Positions 54,531-63,964 of a DNA stretch of 64,000 nt are shown here, piece by piece. Position numbers and translations under genes: made by a program. The notes below the pieces were generated by a model. That model did no database searches, was not told the DNA's origin, and saw nothing but the letters and a program-made list of their open reading frames with translations. Positions within the stretch are counted from its first letter, which is position 1, and each line of letters starts with the position of its first letter. Origin of the DNA: Deltaproteobacteria bacterium (GTDB lineage Bacteria > Myxococcota_A > Polyangia > JAAYKL01); contig JAFGXQ010000082.1 of assembly GCA_016936575.1 (NCBI GenBank), forward strand, positions 333 through 64,332, in the 5' to 3' direction.

Positions 54531-54624
54531 TCCGATTTCGTTGAAAAGCAGATTGACTTCACCAGTAGGCCGATCCATACTCCGGCTGCCTTAAAACGCG
54601 ATTCCATCGGAAAGGTTGGAAAAA

Positions 54625-55137
54625 ATGAAATTGTTTTCTGGAAAAGTCGATATTATCGCTGCTGAAATCACACAGCGGTTGCTTAGTGGCGAGGCCATTG
54701 AAACGGATAGCCCTCAGGAAGTGGAATTGGATATTGCATCGGTGTTAAAAGAATATATCCGAAGAGATAAACATTTCACAGAATCTGCGAAAGATATTTG
54801 TGAACGCCAGGGCCTTCCGTACAACTCATTTCCGAAAATCAAACGTCAGCTCGCCAAGAAAGAGAACTTCGTTATCGGCGATGAAGCCATCGATTATCTC
54901 ATGGATCAGATTATCGGTGTATTCATGCACAGCCAGTTCGTTGATGAAATTTTTTCGGAAGACCATGAACTGAAGGTCATTATGCGCGATGTGCTGCGAA
55001 AGCACACCGATATTGAAGACGAAATTGACGAAGAGGCGCGCAAGAAAATTCGAAATCTCAAAGAAGGTACAAATGAGTGGGAAATCGAGTACAAACGCGC
55101 CATGGAGCAGGTAAAAAAACGCCGCAAGCTCTCCTGA
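54625..55137 (+). CDS. DUF507-family protein
   Basis: MKLFSGKVDIIAAEITQRLL... matches my recollection of DUF507. ATG at 54625 chosen over the upstream TTG. Confidence 0.65.
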   Translation: MKLFSGKVDIIAAEITQRLLSGEAIETDSPQEVELDIASVLKEYIRRDKHFTESAKDICERQGLPYNSFPKIKRQLAKKENFVIGDEAIDYLMDQIIGVFMHSQFVDEIFSEDHELKVIMRDVLRKHTDIEDEIDEEARKKIRNLKEGTNEWEIEYKRAMEQVKKRRKLS

Positions 55138-55240
55138 CCGATCTTTGATTACATCGGTCTCTATCCCGCTCTCCCCTTTTTCTCAGTACAACATCGATTG
55201 TTTAGAAATTCCGGTTTAGGGATGAAAATCAAAACTGTTT

Positions 55241-58200
55241 TTACTGAACGGTACAATCACTTTTGCGCACGAGGTCGTACTGATTGTTGTTGGTGTCGAT
55301 ACCGTTGCCGATGCGCGCGAAGCAGGTGGCTTTGACGTTCGTAAACGCATTGGGCTGGGTTTCGGCGGATTGCTCAAAACCTTCCATTACTTCAAACGAA
55401 TCAATGAGCAGATCGCTGCACACCAGCTGATATGAAAAGCTGCTTTTCGGCGGAATGTGCGTTACGTTCTGCGTATCTTCGATGGTTCGCCACGGCACGT
55501 CGAGACTGGTGACAAACACGCGACCGTCTGCGGGAACCGTTCCGGAAAGCTGCAGAGACGGCCCCTCAGTGGGGACAGTTTCCGAATCGGGAGTGGTATC
55601 TGTGTCGAATTCAGCAGCAGGCAAAGGACGAATCAACTGACAGTTTTCAAGAGATGTTCCCGGTTCCATCTGAAGTTCAACGTAGGTATTGTCAATTTCG
55701 GTACTCACCTGACGAATAATTGCGGGCTGCCGAACATTCACCATGTAGTACCCGAATGTACCCATTTCACCTCGCAACTCCAGTTCTTCCACGTCACTCG
55801 CGTTCACATATAAAATCGGATCCGGACCCCCGGCGAAATTTGTGGTGGACATTACTGCCATATCATTCTCGTCATATGCAGTCAGAACCGTATCGGGAGT
55901 GGAACGGCCAAGACGATCGAGGGTTCGTGCAGATATTACAATGGCGATTCGACAGTCTGCGTCAGGAAGCATCTCGGTAATATTATCAGTGTATGGCGCA
56001 ATATCCATCGTCGTAAGGTCACCATCTGCCGTATATTTTGTATAGTTTTCAAGTTCTTCAAAATACAACATCGGAGATACACAAGGAGTCACACCATCCA
56101 TGTTTTGACCGGTAGAATCCGTATCAGCGTTTTCGCTATCATTCACTTCTGTGGTATCGGTATCACCCATGTCTGACACTTCAAGGGGTTCGTTCAAATG
56201 CCCCATCGAAGTAATGGTGAACTGATATCCTTCTGTCGCACCGCCCACGATCTGATTTTTCTGACTGGACGCCCACAGCACAAAACGTTTGTTACCAAAA
56301 ACCCATAACACACCGTCATCAGCAACTGCCTTGAGGTTTCCCCTGTCGAACCAATCCACCAGATGGACCGTTGCCGGTGTATAATATTCCGGGGCGGTTT
56401 TAAATGCGACCACTTTAACGAAAGTAACCGGTTTTGACAGAATATCTTCTACATTTTCCCATGGAAAAGATACGGTGGTATATGCCGCTGTCTCACCGAA
56501 ATCAGAAGACGACCTCGTGTCCTGAAAGCCGACTTCCACTGAATCCAAATTCACCTGCTCTGTAACGGGCATGTCTTTGTCGCCAATCGACCAGAATCCG
56601 ATTGCCGCCCCCTGAGAAGTTGTTACGCCGACAGGTATTCTTAAATTGTATTCAGACAGTTCCGCTTCCCTTGCCAACCCGTAGCTGAAATCCGCCGTCA
56701 TCGTTGCTGAAATACTGCCTTCGTCAGAAATATTGTCAACATCGGCATCATAGCCCGAAATGATTGGAGATACCCGCGTAACCAATGACCCTAGAAGCGG
56801 TCGATTCTCAGCGGACATCGACGGCAATTGAATATTTAAAAACCCAACATTTCGCGCCCCTGGAACCACAGAGGATGGGTTCAATGTAGCCGTGAGGGAA
56901 TCGTCTTCGTCGCCGTTTTCGTCAAATGCGTCCACAATTTCGACGGGAATCACAAATTGACGTCCGTCAATCGACACGGTCACACCGAACCAGCCGCCTG
57001 GCCCCTCCTCTTCGAGTGAAAACACGATGGCGATGCCGGTCTCACTTTGATTTTCAGCAGTGGTGTAGTAGCGTTCCACGTTCACGCCGATATCTTCGTA
57101 AATAGAAATTCCGGTGGGTTTCCCGACGTACGCTCCGTCGAGTGTCGCAAACACTTTGCCGAGGCCTTTCGCACGGGAAATAGACATTTGTTTCACGCTG
57201 CGCAGCGGCATCGTATCGTCTTTTTCGGCGCGCAAATTCACCGCCTGTTGTTGCCCCCCGCTGTAGAAATAGAATGTTTTTATGCCTCGCCGGACACTGC
57301 GTGAAATATTCAGCGTAACGGTTGCGGTGCTCTGCATGTCCGGATCCAACACCATCTCTTCCACCTGTATTCCGGCGTCGTTGATGAACAGCTGTGTGTC
57401 CGGCCCAAATGTGAATCCTCCCTGGCCTGAAAACACAATCGTTGCGGTTCGGTTCGCCAGCCAGATGATTTCGAAGTCGCTCAATATGTACGCTCCTTGC
57501 CCCAGAGCCGGCTCCACATCAAAGAAACCTTCATCGCTGAATTTCTTTACATTGCTGTATGTTGTCATGCTCATGGGCCCGGTCGGTGCATCCGCCTCAA
57601 CGGAGAAATCATCCAGCACCAGATGTTCGTTGTATTCTGAAATATCGGTATCTGTGTTGTCGTCTTCCTCCAGTGTATCGGAAGGAATACCGCCGTACAG
57701 ATAAAAATCTGCCAGTGTGTCCTTATAAAATTTTCCGACCTGTTTCTTCACCACTTCCTCATCGTCCTCGCCGCGATTCGCCGTATCTAATTTTATAAGG
57801 GCGTTACCGGCCACCTGATTGATCAATAGATGGGTGACGATTTCATCGGTTCCATTTGTAAACTGCAACCGTATTGAGTCAACCCCGGAGGTTGCTTGAG
57901 CCTGCACCCACAGCGCCCATTCCTTGGGCCCCATCATGCGACGAACAATCGTGACACTGGAATCGACAGGGAACACCTCCCATGACGCATCGAATTCAAA
58001 ACCAATCGGCTTTACAAAAACCAGTTGCTTCGGACACTCATCTCCGATGTGGCAATTCGCACCGGCGGTTCCACAGGCGCAGCTCGGAATGATGGGGGGA
58101 GAAAGCTGAACAGCGTGGTCGTCAAAACCGGTGGGGACAATATTGACCGATGCATATGACACTGCACCGTCGAGACTGATCATCATCGCTGCCGGTCCGA

Positions 58201-59221
58201 GAATGGCGGAATTATCGACCGTCACGGTGCAAAACGCTTTCAGCGGATCGCTTGCAGATATGCGAATAGAGCTTTTATCCACAATAATTCCCGGATTCTG
58301 GGGAAACTCAAATGACAGATATGGAGCACTTCCAACGTATGTATCGGGGGCTTTCAACAAGTCATCTTTGCTGGTGATGGTAAGATCGTATTGGACCTCA
58401 GCGCCGTTATACAACGGTTTTCCCAGTCGCGTCGGGGTAATGGAAATGGTCGGATGCTCTCCGGGAACAATATTGATTTCTCCGTAATAAACCGTCGGAT
58501 AACTCACCAACATGACCTCAACCGCTTTTTTCCTGGAATCGTCTATTCCGGGGTCCAACGCAAGCTCAGATACATCGAGCACAACCGTCACGATTGTATT
58601 TTGCTCATTAATTGAGATGTCCTGAACCAGAATATCGTCGTCATCCACGCTGAAAAAGATGCTGGTCGGCTTGCTGGAAAACGTGGGCGGCATTTCGGTA
58701 TCGTCGCCAACGAGGGAAATATGAATTTCCTGCTCGGACTTTCCGTTCACCAGATAGCCGGGTTCAAATTGAAGATTGTATTCCTGAATTTTTTTTCGAA
58801 CATAAAATCGCGCCGAAACCCGTTCATTCGTATTACATTGAAATTCAAGCACATAGGTTCCCGAAGGCACATTCTGCCCCAATGACAACGAAATCGCCAT
58901 CCGCTCTGAAGATACGTGTTCCATGGCGGCCAACTGAATTTGACTTTGACGGGTTTGGGTGGTCGCATCGAAAAAAGAAAAATGAACCGCCAGATATTCA
59001 ATCGGCTGAGAATCCCAATCGTCTAGAGTTTCACATGTGCTGAAATCAATTGTGCCGCCGGTGATATCAACCAGCACTTCTTCACCCACATACATGGTTG
59101 CGGGCTTCATCAACACCGGCGCATTCGGTAGAACGTCGGAGGACGGCTTACATCCGAATAGCATTATGACTGCGAAAAACCAACAAATATGAAAGGTTCT
59201 CAAAGCTCTACTTGCAAGCAT
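55241..59221 (-). CDS. Giant (1326-aa) acidic lipoprotein of unknown function
   Basis: Uninterrupted ORF. Lipobox MLFGCK. No catalytic or repeat motif recognised by eye. Confidence 0.75.
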   Translation of the reverse strand: MLASRALRTFHICWFFAVIMLFGCKPSSDVLPNAPVLMKPATMYVGEEVLVDITGGTIDFSTCETLDDWDSQPIEYLAVHFSFFDATTQTRQSQIQLAAMEHVSSERMAISLSLGQNVPSGTYVLEFQCNTNERVSARFYVRKKIQEYNLQFEPGYLVNGKSEQEIHISLVGDDTEMPPTFSSKPTSIFFSVDDDDILVQDISINEQNTIVTVVLDVSELALDPGIDDSRKKAVEVMLVSYPTVYYGEINIVPGEHPTISITPTRLGKPLYNGAEVQYDLTITSKDDLLKAPDTYVGSAPYLSFEFPQNPGIIVDKSSIRISASDPLKAFCTVTVDNSAILGPAAMMISLDGAVSYASVNIVPTGFDDHAVQLSPPIIPSCACGTAGANCHIGDECPKQLVFVKPIGFEFDASWEVFPVDSSVTIVRRMMGPKEWALWVQAQATSGVDSIRLQFTNGTDEIVTHLLINQVAGNALIKLDTANRGEDDEEVVKKQVGKFYKDTLADFYLYGGIPSDTLEEDDNTDTDISEYNEHLVLDDFSVEADAPTGPMSMTTYSNVKKFSDEGFFDVEPALGQGAYILSDFEIIWLANRTATIVFSGQGGFTFGPDTQLFINDAGIQVEEMVLDPDMQSTATVTLNISRSVRRGIKTFYFYSGGQQQAVNLRAEKDDTMPLRSVKQMSISRAKGLGKVFATLDGAYVGKPTGISIYEDIGVNVERYYTTAENQSETGIAIVFSLEEEGPGGWFGVTVSIDGRQFVIPVEIVDAFDENGDEDDSLTATLNPSSVVPGARNVGFLNIQLPSMSAENRPLLGSLVTRVSPIISGYDADVDNISDEGSISATMTADFSYGLAREAELSEYNLRIPVGVTTSQGAAIGFWSIGDKDMPVTEQVNLDSVEVGFQDTRSSSDFGETAAYTTVSFPWENVEDILSKPVTFVKVVAFKTAPEYYTPATVHLVDWFDRGNLKAVADDGVLWVFGNKRFVLWASSQKNQIVGGATEGYQFTITSMGHLNEPLEVSDMGDTDTTEVNDSENADTDSTGQNMDGVTPCVSPMLYFEELENYTKYTADGDLTTMDIAPYTDNITEMLPDADCRIAIVISARTLDRLGRSTPDTVLTAYDENDMAVMSTTNFAGGPDPILYVNASDVEELELRGEMGTFGYYMVNVRQPAIIRQVSTEIDNTYVELQMEPGTSLENCQLIRPLPAAEFDTDTTPDSETVPTEGPSLQLSGTVPADGRVFVTSLDVPWRTIEDTQNVTHIPPKSSFSYQLVCSDLLIDSFEVMEGFEQSAETQPNAFTNVKATCFARIGNGIDTNNNQYDLVRKSDCTVQ

Positions 59222-59339
59222 GAAATATCCTGATATTCTCCCCTTCTGAAATTTTAGATTGTTGAATCAACAATTTTTATTTACGGAATATCCGATATTG
59301 TTGGCTCGAACAATGATAACATGGATAAAAGGGGTTGTA

Positions 59340-59645
59340 ATGTACATTCCAAAAATAGAAGAACGACATCATTTTTGTTTTAAATGCGGTCAGGAAATTG
59401 ATTTTGATCGAATAAAAATGGCGAGAACCGACACTTGTCCACACTGCGCCCATGATCTGCACTGCTGCAGGAACTGCGAGTACTGGGACCCGGGCTACCA
59501 CAATCAATGCCGCGAACGGATCACGGAATATATCTCAGATCGCGAATCTGCGAATTACTGCAGCCATTTCACCTTTAAGAACGGCAAACCAGAAACAGAT
59601 AACACTTCGGATGCCAAGGCAAAACTGGACGCTTTATTCAAATAA
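59340..59645 (+). CDS. Small cysteine-rich zinc-ribbon-like protein
   Basis: CFKC..CPHC..CCRNC..C..C pattern in 101 aa. Start moved to ATG at 59340. Confidence 0.6.
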   Translation: MYIPKIEERHHFCFKCGQEIDFDRIKMARTDTCPHCAHDLHCCRNCEYWDPGYHNQCRERITEYISDRESANYCSHFTFKNGKPETDNTSDAKAKLDALFK

Positions 59646-59668
59646 CCGGACCGAAGAAAGATAAGAAA

Positions 59669-60538
59669 ATGCGCAGCATGACGGGATTCGGTCGAGGTAC
59701 GGCCACTGCCGGTAACGCACAGATCGTTGTTGAACTGAAAAGCGTGAACCATCGCTTTCTCGAAATTCGTACGCGGCTTCCCGGAGAACTGGGAGGCGTG
59801 GAAATCGCGCTGGAGAAACAGATTCGAAAACGTCTCGAGAGGGGCTACTGCAACGTACATGTCAGCGTGGAGCAAAACGAAGTAAGTGCATACACTATTA
59901 ATACCGCAAAGTTGTCGCGTTATATAGACATGATCCGCGAGACCGCCCAGACCCGGGCGTTACCTGCAGAGTATCTGATGCTAATTCTTTCAAATGCACC
60001 GGATTTGTACGAATCCAATCTGTTCGCGGCCGACGACGACATGCAGGACGCGTGTCTTCGCGCTACCCGGCAAGCAATCGACAAACTGTTGGAAATGCGG
60101 ACCGTAGAAGGTGCCAACATGGAAACCGACCTGCAGGAACGGTTGCAGCAGATTCGAAAGATGGTTGATGATATTGATGCGCTGTCATCAAATTTTGAGC
60201 GGTCAATTTTTGAAAAATATCGGCAAAAAATAGCAGACATCCTTGCGGAGCATCACACTCCAGATGTAAAAAGAGTTGAAACCGAAGCCGCGATCATTGC
60301 TGAAAAGGCGGACGTCACAGAAGAGCTCACCCGACTGCGGAGCCATACGGAACAAATGAGAGCGACATTCCGGTCCGATGGCGCCATTGGTCGAAGACTT
60401 GATTTTCTGGTTCAGGAAATGGGCCGTGAAGCCAACACCATTGCATCAAAGTCCGCTTTGGCCGATGTAACTCATATAATTGTAGACATCAAAGGTGAAT
60501 TGGAAAAAATACGAGAACTTGTGCAAAACGTGGAGTAA
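59669..60538 (+). CDS. yicC: YicC-family stress-induced protein
   Basis: MRSMTGFGRG N-terminus. C-terminal REANTI..K motif. Classical yicC-gmk synteny. Confidence 0.85.
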   Translation: MRSMTGFGRGTATAGNAQIVVELKSVNHRFLEIRTRLPGELGGVEIALEKQIRKRLERGYCNVHVSVEQNEVSAYTINTAKLSRYIDMIRETAQTRALPAEYLMLILSNAPDLYESNLFAADDDMQDACLRATRQAIDKLLEMRTVEGANMETDLQERLQQIRKMVDDIDALSSNFERSIFEKYRQKIADILAEHHTPDVKRVETEAAIIAEKADVTEELTRLRSHTEQMRATFRSDGAIGRRLDFLVQEMGREANTIASKSALADVTHIIVDIKGELEKIRELVQNVE

Positions 60539-60542
60539 CACT

Positions 60543-61151
60543 ATGAATCAACGAAAACCATTACTGATTATTGTATCTTCTCCCTCCGGCGCCGGGAAAA
60601 CCACACTGTGCAAAAAATTACTGGCAGAATTCTCGGACATCCGGTTTTCGATATCACATACCACACGTCCGCCCAGACCCAATGAGGTTAACGGCAAAGA
60701 CTACATGTTCACCGACAAAGAAACATTCGATCAGATGGTCGATGATGAACAGTTTGTGGAGTGGGCGCATGTGCACGGAAACCGATACGGCACTTCTCAC
60801 GGAGAGATCCGAGCGGCTGCGGCTTCGGGTGTGGACCTGATTTTCGATGTCGACTATCAGGGAGCAAAGCAAATCAAGAATAATTATCCCGACGCCATCG
60901 GCGTATTCATTCTGCCGCCCTCCATTGATGAACTGAAACTTCGTCTGAATGCCCGGGGAACAGAAACCCCAAAATCACTGGAAACCCGGTTCAAAGCCGC
61001 GTTGGGAGAAATCGCACATTTTGACGAATTTGATTATCTGCTGGTAAATGATGATGTGAACCATGCCTACGATCGCCTTCGCGCCATTCTGCTGTCGGAA
61101 CGTATCAAAAAATTTCGATGTGCCCATCACGCCAAACGACTCCTGGAATAG
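60543..61151 (+). CDS. gmk: Guanylate kinase
   Basis: SSPSGAGKTTL P-loop. Start moved to ATG at 60543. Confidence 0.95.
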   Translation: MNQRKPLLIIVSSPSGAGKTTLCKKLLAEFSDIRFSISHTTRPPRPNEVNGKDYMFTDKETFDQMVDDEQFVEWAHVHGNRYGTSHGEIRAAAASGVDLIFDVDYQGAKQIKNNYPDAIGVFILPPSIDELKLRLNARGTETPKSLETRFKAALGEIAHFDEFDYLLVNDDVNHAYDRLRAILLSERIKKFRCAHHAKRLLE

Positions 61152-61336
61152 TTCTATTATTTGCATATTTGTGCTATCTTTTACATCTTTACAGTTTCTA
61201 GAATTGTCACACTTTCACGCAAATAAGCAAAATAACAAAAATTTTTCAGCAGCTTACAGACTGAACACAAACTGGCATGAGTTTCGCATTTGTTGCTATC
61301 ATGAACAATGTTACGAAGAAAGAAAGAGGCTTTAAA

Positions 61337-61450
61337 ATGAAAAAAACAAATGCGAGCGCCGCCCATGAAGTGCTTGTCGGACCACCCGGCATTTTCTTTT
61401 TTGCCAGTATTGCGGTGCCGATTATCGCAATTATGTTTCAATTTATATAG
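61337..61450 (+). CDS. Candidate 37-aa single-TM micro-protein (below the ORF-track cutoff)
   Basis: MKKTNASAAHEVLVGPPGIFFFASIAVPIIAIMFQFI*. GAGG lies 7 nt upstream of the ATG. A terminator-like hairpin follows. Confidence 0.35.
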   Translation: MKKTNASAAHEVLVGPPGIFFFASIAVPIIAIMFQFI

Positions 61451-61471
61451 AGTCGTTAAACTTTTCCCTCC

Positions 61472-61500
61472 GGGGTCGATATCTACTACAGACCCCTTTT
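61472..61500 (+). terminator. Intrinsic-terminator-like hairpin
   Basis: GGGGTC-13 nt loop-GACCCC followed by TTTT. Confidence 0.45.
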
Positions 61501-61531
61501 CAGCGAATATCGCGGGAAGTGTAACCGATAT

Positions 61532-62755
61532 ATGACCTTAGTAGCTGTTGACCAACTTGAACCTGGAATGACTACTTCAAAAAACGTCGTGAATCAGCGA
61601 GGCCAGATTCTTCTGCCGAAAAATATCGAACTGAATGATAAACACATCCAGGGACTGCGCTCCTGGTCCATTAAATTTGTCGACGTGATACAACCGGGCG
61701 GAACGTCGACGGAAGAACTGACCGAGGAACGAAAACAGTTCCTGACCCGACTTATCGACGATCATTTTCTTCTGAACCGCGAAAATGAAAATAATCCACT
61801 CTGCACAATACTCAAGGAGTTGCTGGAGGAGCATCTGACAGAGTCCCTGGTCGAATTTGAAACAATGGCGCAAAACGATGTGCCGCTCGAAGAACCCGCC
61901 CCCGCTGAAAAATGGCTGACCGTGAATCATCTGGTGGTAAATTCAAAGACCCTTCCCTCAATTCCTGAAATGCATCGAAAAATCATCGGAACAATGAATC
62001 GACCGGATGCGTCCATTTCAGAAGTCAGCACTGTCGCTGCGTTGGATGCTTCGCTGAGTGCAAGACTGATTAAAATGGCGAATAGCGCGTACTACGGCAG
62101 CAACCATCAGATTACATCGGTAGCCAAGGCCGGTTCAATGGTCGGCATCGAAGATTTGAAAACATTCGTCAAAGACACGCCGGTGCTGACACAGTTTTCA
62201 GATGACGAAGTTATGAATGCCGACATGTACAGTATGTGGCGTCATAACCTGGCGGTCTCCATTTTCGCTCGCTTCATTGCGCAGGCAACCAAACATCCGG
62301 ACGATGAATATCTGGCGCTGCTGGGTCTTCTGCACGACATCGGAAAACTGGTGATATATATTCAGGTGCCGGAACTGTATGCTCACATTTGCCGATACAG
62401 CAGCCAGAACAAGTTGTCGTCTTTGAAAATCGAGCGAAAAGTGTTGGGTTTCTACCATAATCTGGTATCACTGGAGCTGCTTAAACACTGGAATTACTCA
62501 AAAATCACACAAGATATTGTGTATTATCACCACTCACCGGAAAACGCGGTGCATCCGCGAGAAGCCTATATCATTCACCTGGCAGACGCGCTGGCCCATG
62601 CCATCGGTTTTACGGGGCAGCGGTGTGCCGTTTTGCCGGCGGTTCATCCCGACACTCTCAATGCACTGGGCCTGAAAAAGAAAATGCTCCATGGAATCAT
62701 CGCCCAGGCCCAACAGCGAATCGCAGACACCACGCACACGGTAATGTATAATTAG
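61532..62755 (+). CDS. HDOD-domain signalling protein with DUF3391-like N-terminus
   Basis: LPSIPEMHRKIIGTMNRPDASISEVSTVAALDASLSARLIKMANSAYYG is typical of HDOD. LGLLHDIGKL is HD-like. Confidence 0.8.
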   Translation: MTLVAVDQLEPGMTTSKNVVNQRGQILLPKNIELNDKHIQGLRSWSIKFVDVIQPGGTSTEELTEERKQFLTRLIDDHFLLNRENENNPLCTILKELLEEHLTESLVEFETMAQNDVPLEEPAPAEKWLTVNHLVVNSKTLPSIPEMHRKIIGTMNRPDASISEVSTVAALDASLSARLIKMANSAYYGSNHQITSVAKAGSMVGIEDLKTFVKDTPVLTQFSDDEVMNADMYSMWRHNLAVSIFARFIAQATKHPDDEYLALLGLLHDIGKLVIYIQVPELYAHICRYSSQNKLSSLKIERKVLGFYHNLVSLELLKHWNYSKITQDIVYYHHSPENAVHPREAYIIHLADALAHAIGFTGQRCAVLPAVHPDTLNALGLKKKMLHGIIAQAQQRIADTTHTVMYN

Positions 62756-63001
62756 GCGACGCCATGAAAAAGCGAACCTCCCCGTCCGCTTACACACCTT
62801 CTCTGTTTGGGAAAATATAAATTGAAATCAAAAAAAACAATTCCCGGAATCTCGCCCCCTGACTGCGGATACAGCATCCTCACACCGTTGTCGCCCCACC
62901 CCATAAGCTAACTTCGGTCAGCTGCAGCAACTTGGACCAGACAGGTCGAGATGTTCCGGAAATTCGTTTTTCAAAGAACGTTTCATCCAAGAAGACCAAG
63001 C

Positions 63002-63048
63002 AGTACTCCTTTTGGTCATTCCGGGCAAGAAACCCCAAAAGGAGTACT
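63002..63048 (-). terminator. Perfect 14-bp stem hairpin downstream of flagellin 3
   Basis: AGTACTCCTTTTGG-19 nt-CCAAAAGGAGTACT, 17 nt after the flagellin stop. The trailing U tract is poor. Confidence 0.5.
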
Positions 63049-63064
63049 TTCTCAGTCAGTTTGC

Positions 63065-63892
63065 TTAGATGAGGCTCAACGCCATCGACGGTACGCCGTT
63101 GGCTTGTGCCAACACAGCGGTACCCGCCTGCATCAGAATTTGACTCCGTGTCATGCTCACAGATTCCTCGGCAACGTCAACGTCGCGGATTCGGCTGTTC
63201 GATGCGGACAGATTCTCTCTGGTGGTCGCCAGGTTGCGAACGGTGCTGTCCAATCTGTTTTGGGCCGCACCCAATACACCGCGCTGTTCTGACAGATCGG
63301 TAATCGCGGTATCTAACGCGTCAATCGCAGAAAGTGCGTTGGTGGCGGTGTCGATTGTTTCAGTGCCAGTGTCAACAGACAGCCCTGAAGCGGTTACGTC
63401 CATCAAGGATACCGATATTTTACTATCAGTATCATTCTTGATGCCGACCTGCAACGTTACAGAAGTAGTGCTTCCATCGGTCAGGTTTGTTCCGTTGAAC
63501 TCTGTGGAGTTCGCAATACGGCTGATTTCAGATGCCAGCTCGCCAAATTCGTTGTTCAAAAATCCTTTCTGATCCGAGTCGGTGGTGCCGTTCGCGGACT
63601 GTACCGCCAGCTCGCGCATACGAATCAGCATGCCGCTGATTTCGTCCATGGCGCCTTCAGCCGTCTGCACCAGTGAAATACCGTCGTTCGCGTTGCGTTC
63701 CGCTTGGGCGAGACCGCGAATCTGTGCTTTCATTTTTTCACTGATCGCAAGGCCGGCAGCGTCGTCTTTGGCAGCGGTGATGCGCTGACCGGAAGACAGT
63801 CTTGCCATGCTGGTGGACAGAGATGAACTTGTTTTCGACAGGTTCCGTTGTGCATTAATTGACATTGTGTTGGTGTTAATTACCATTCCCAT
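63065..63892 (-). CDS. fliC: Flagellin (copy 3, 275 aa)
   Basis: Canonical termini. Shares a 53-residue identical block with copy 2. Confidence 0.95.
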   Translation of the reverse strand: MGMVINTNTMSINAQRNLSKTSSSLSTSMARLSSGQRITAAKDDAAGLAISEKMKAQIRGLAQAERNANDGISLVQTAEGAMDEISGMLIRMRELAVQSANGTTDSDQKGFLNNEFGELASEISRIANSTEFNGTNLTDGSTTSVTLQVGIKNDTDSKISVSLMDVTASGLSVDTGTETIDTATNALSAIDALDTAITDLSEQRGVLGAAQNRLDSTVRNLATTRENLSASNSRIRDVDVAEESVSMTRSQILMQAGTAVLAQANGVPSMALSLI

Positions 63893-63964
63893 AATAGTTC
63901 TCCTTACGTGGAACCGGCGTCGACCCTGTGTCGACTATCCGGGGAGCATTCTTGCTCCGTTATG
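63893..63964 (-). promoter_or_regulatory. Conserved flagellin 5' leader (copy 3)
   Basis: CATAACGGAGCAAGAATGCTCCCCGG, then hairpin GTCGAC-acaggg-GTCGAC, then TTCCACGTAAGGAG before the ATG. Confidence 0.4.
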
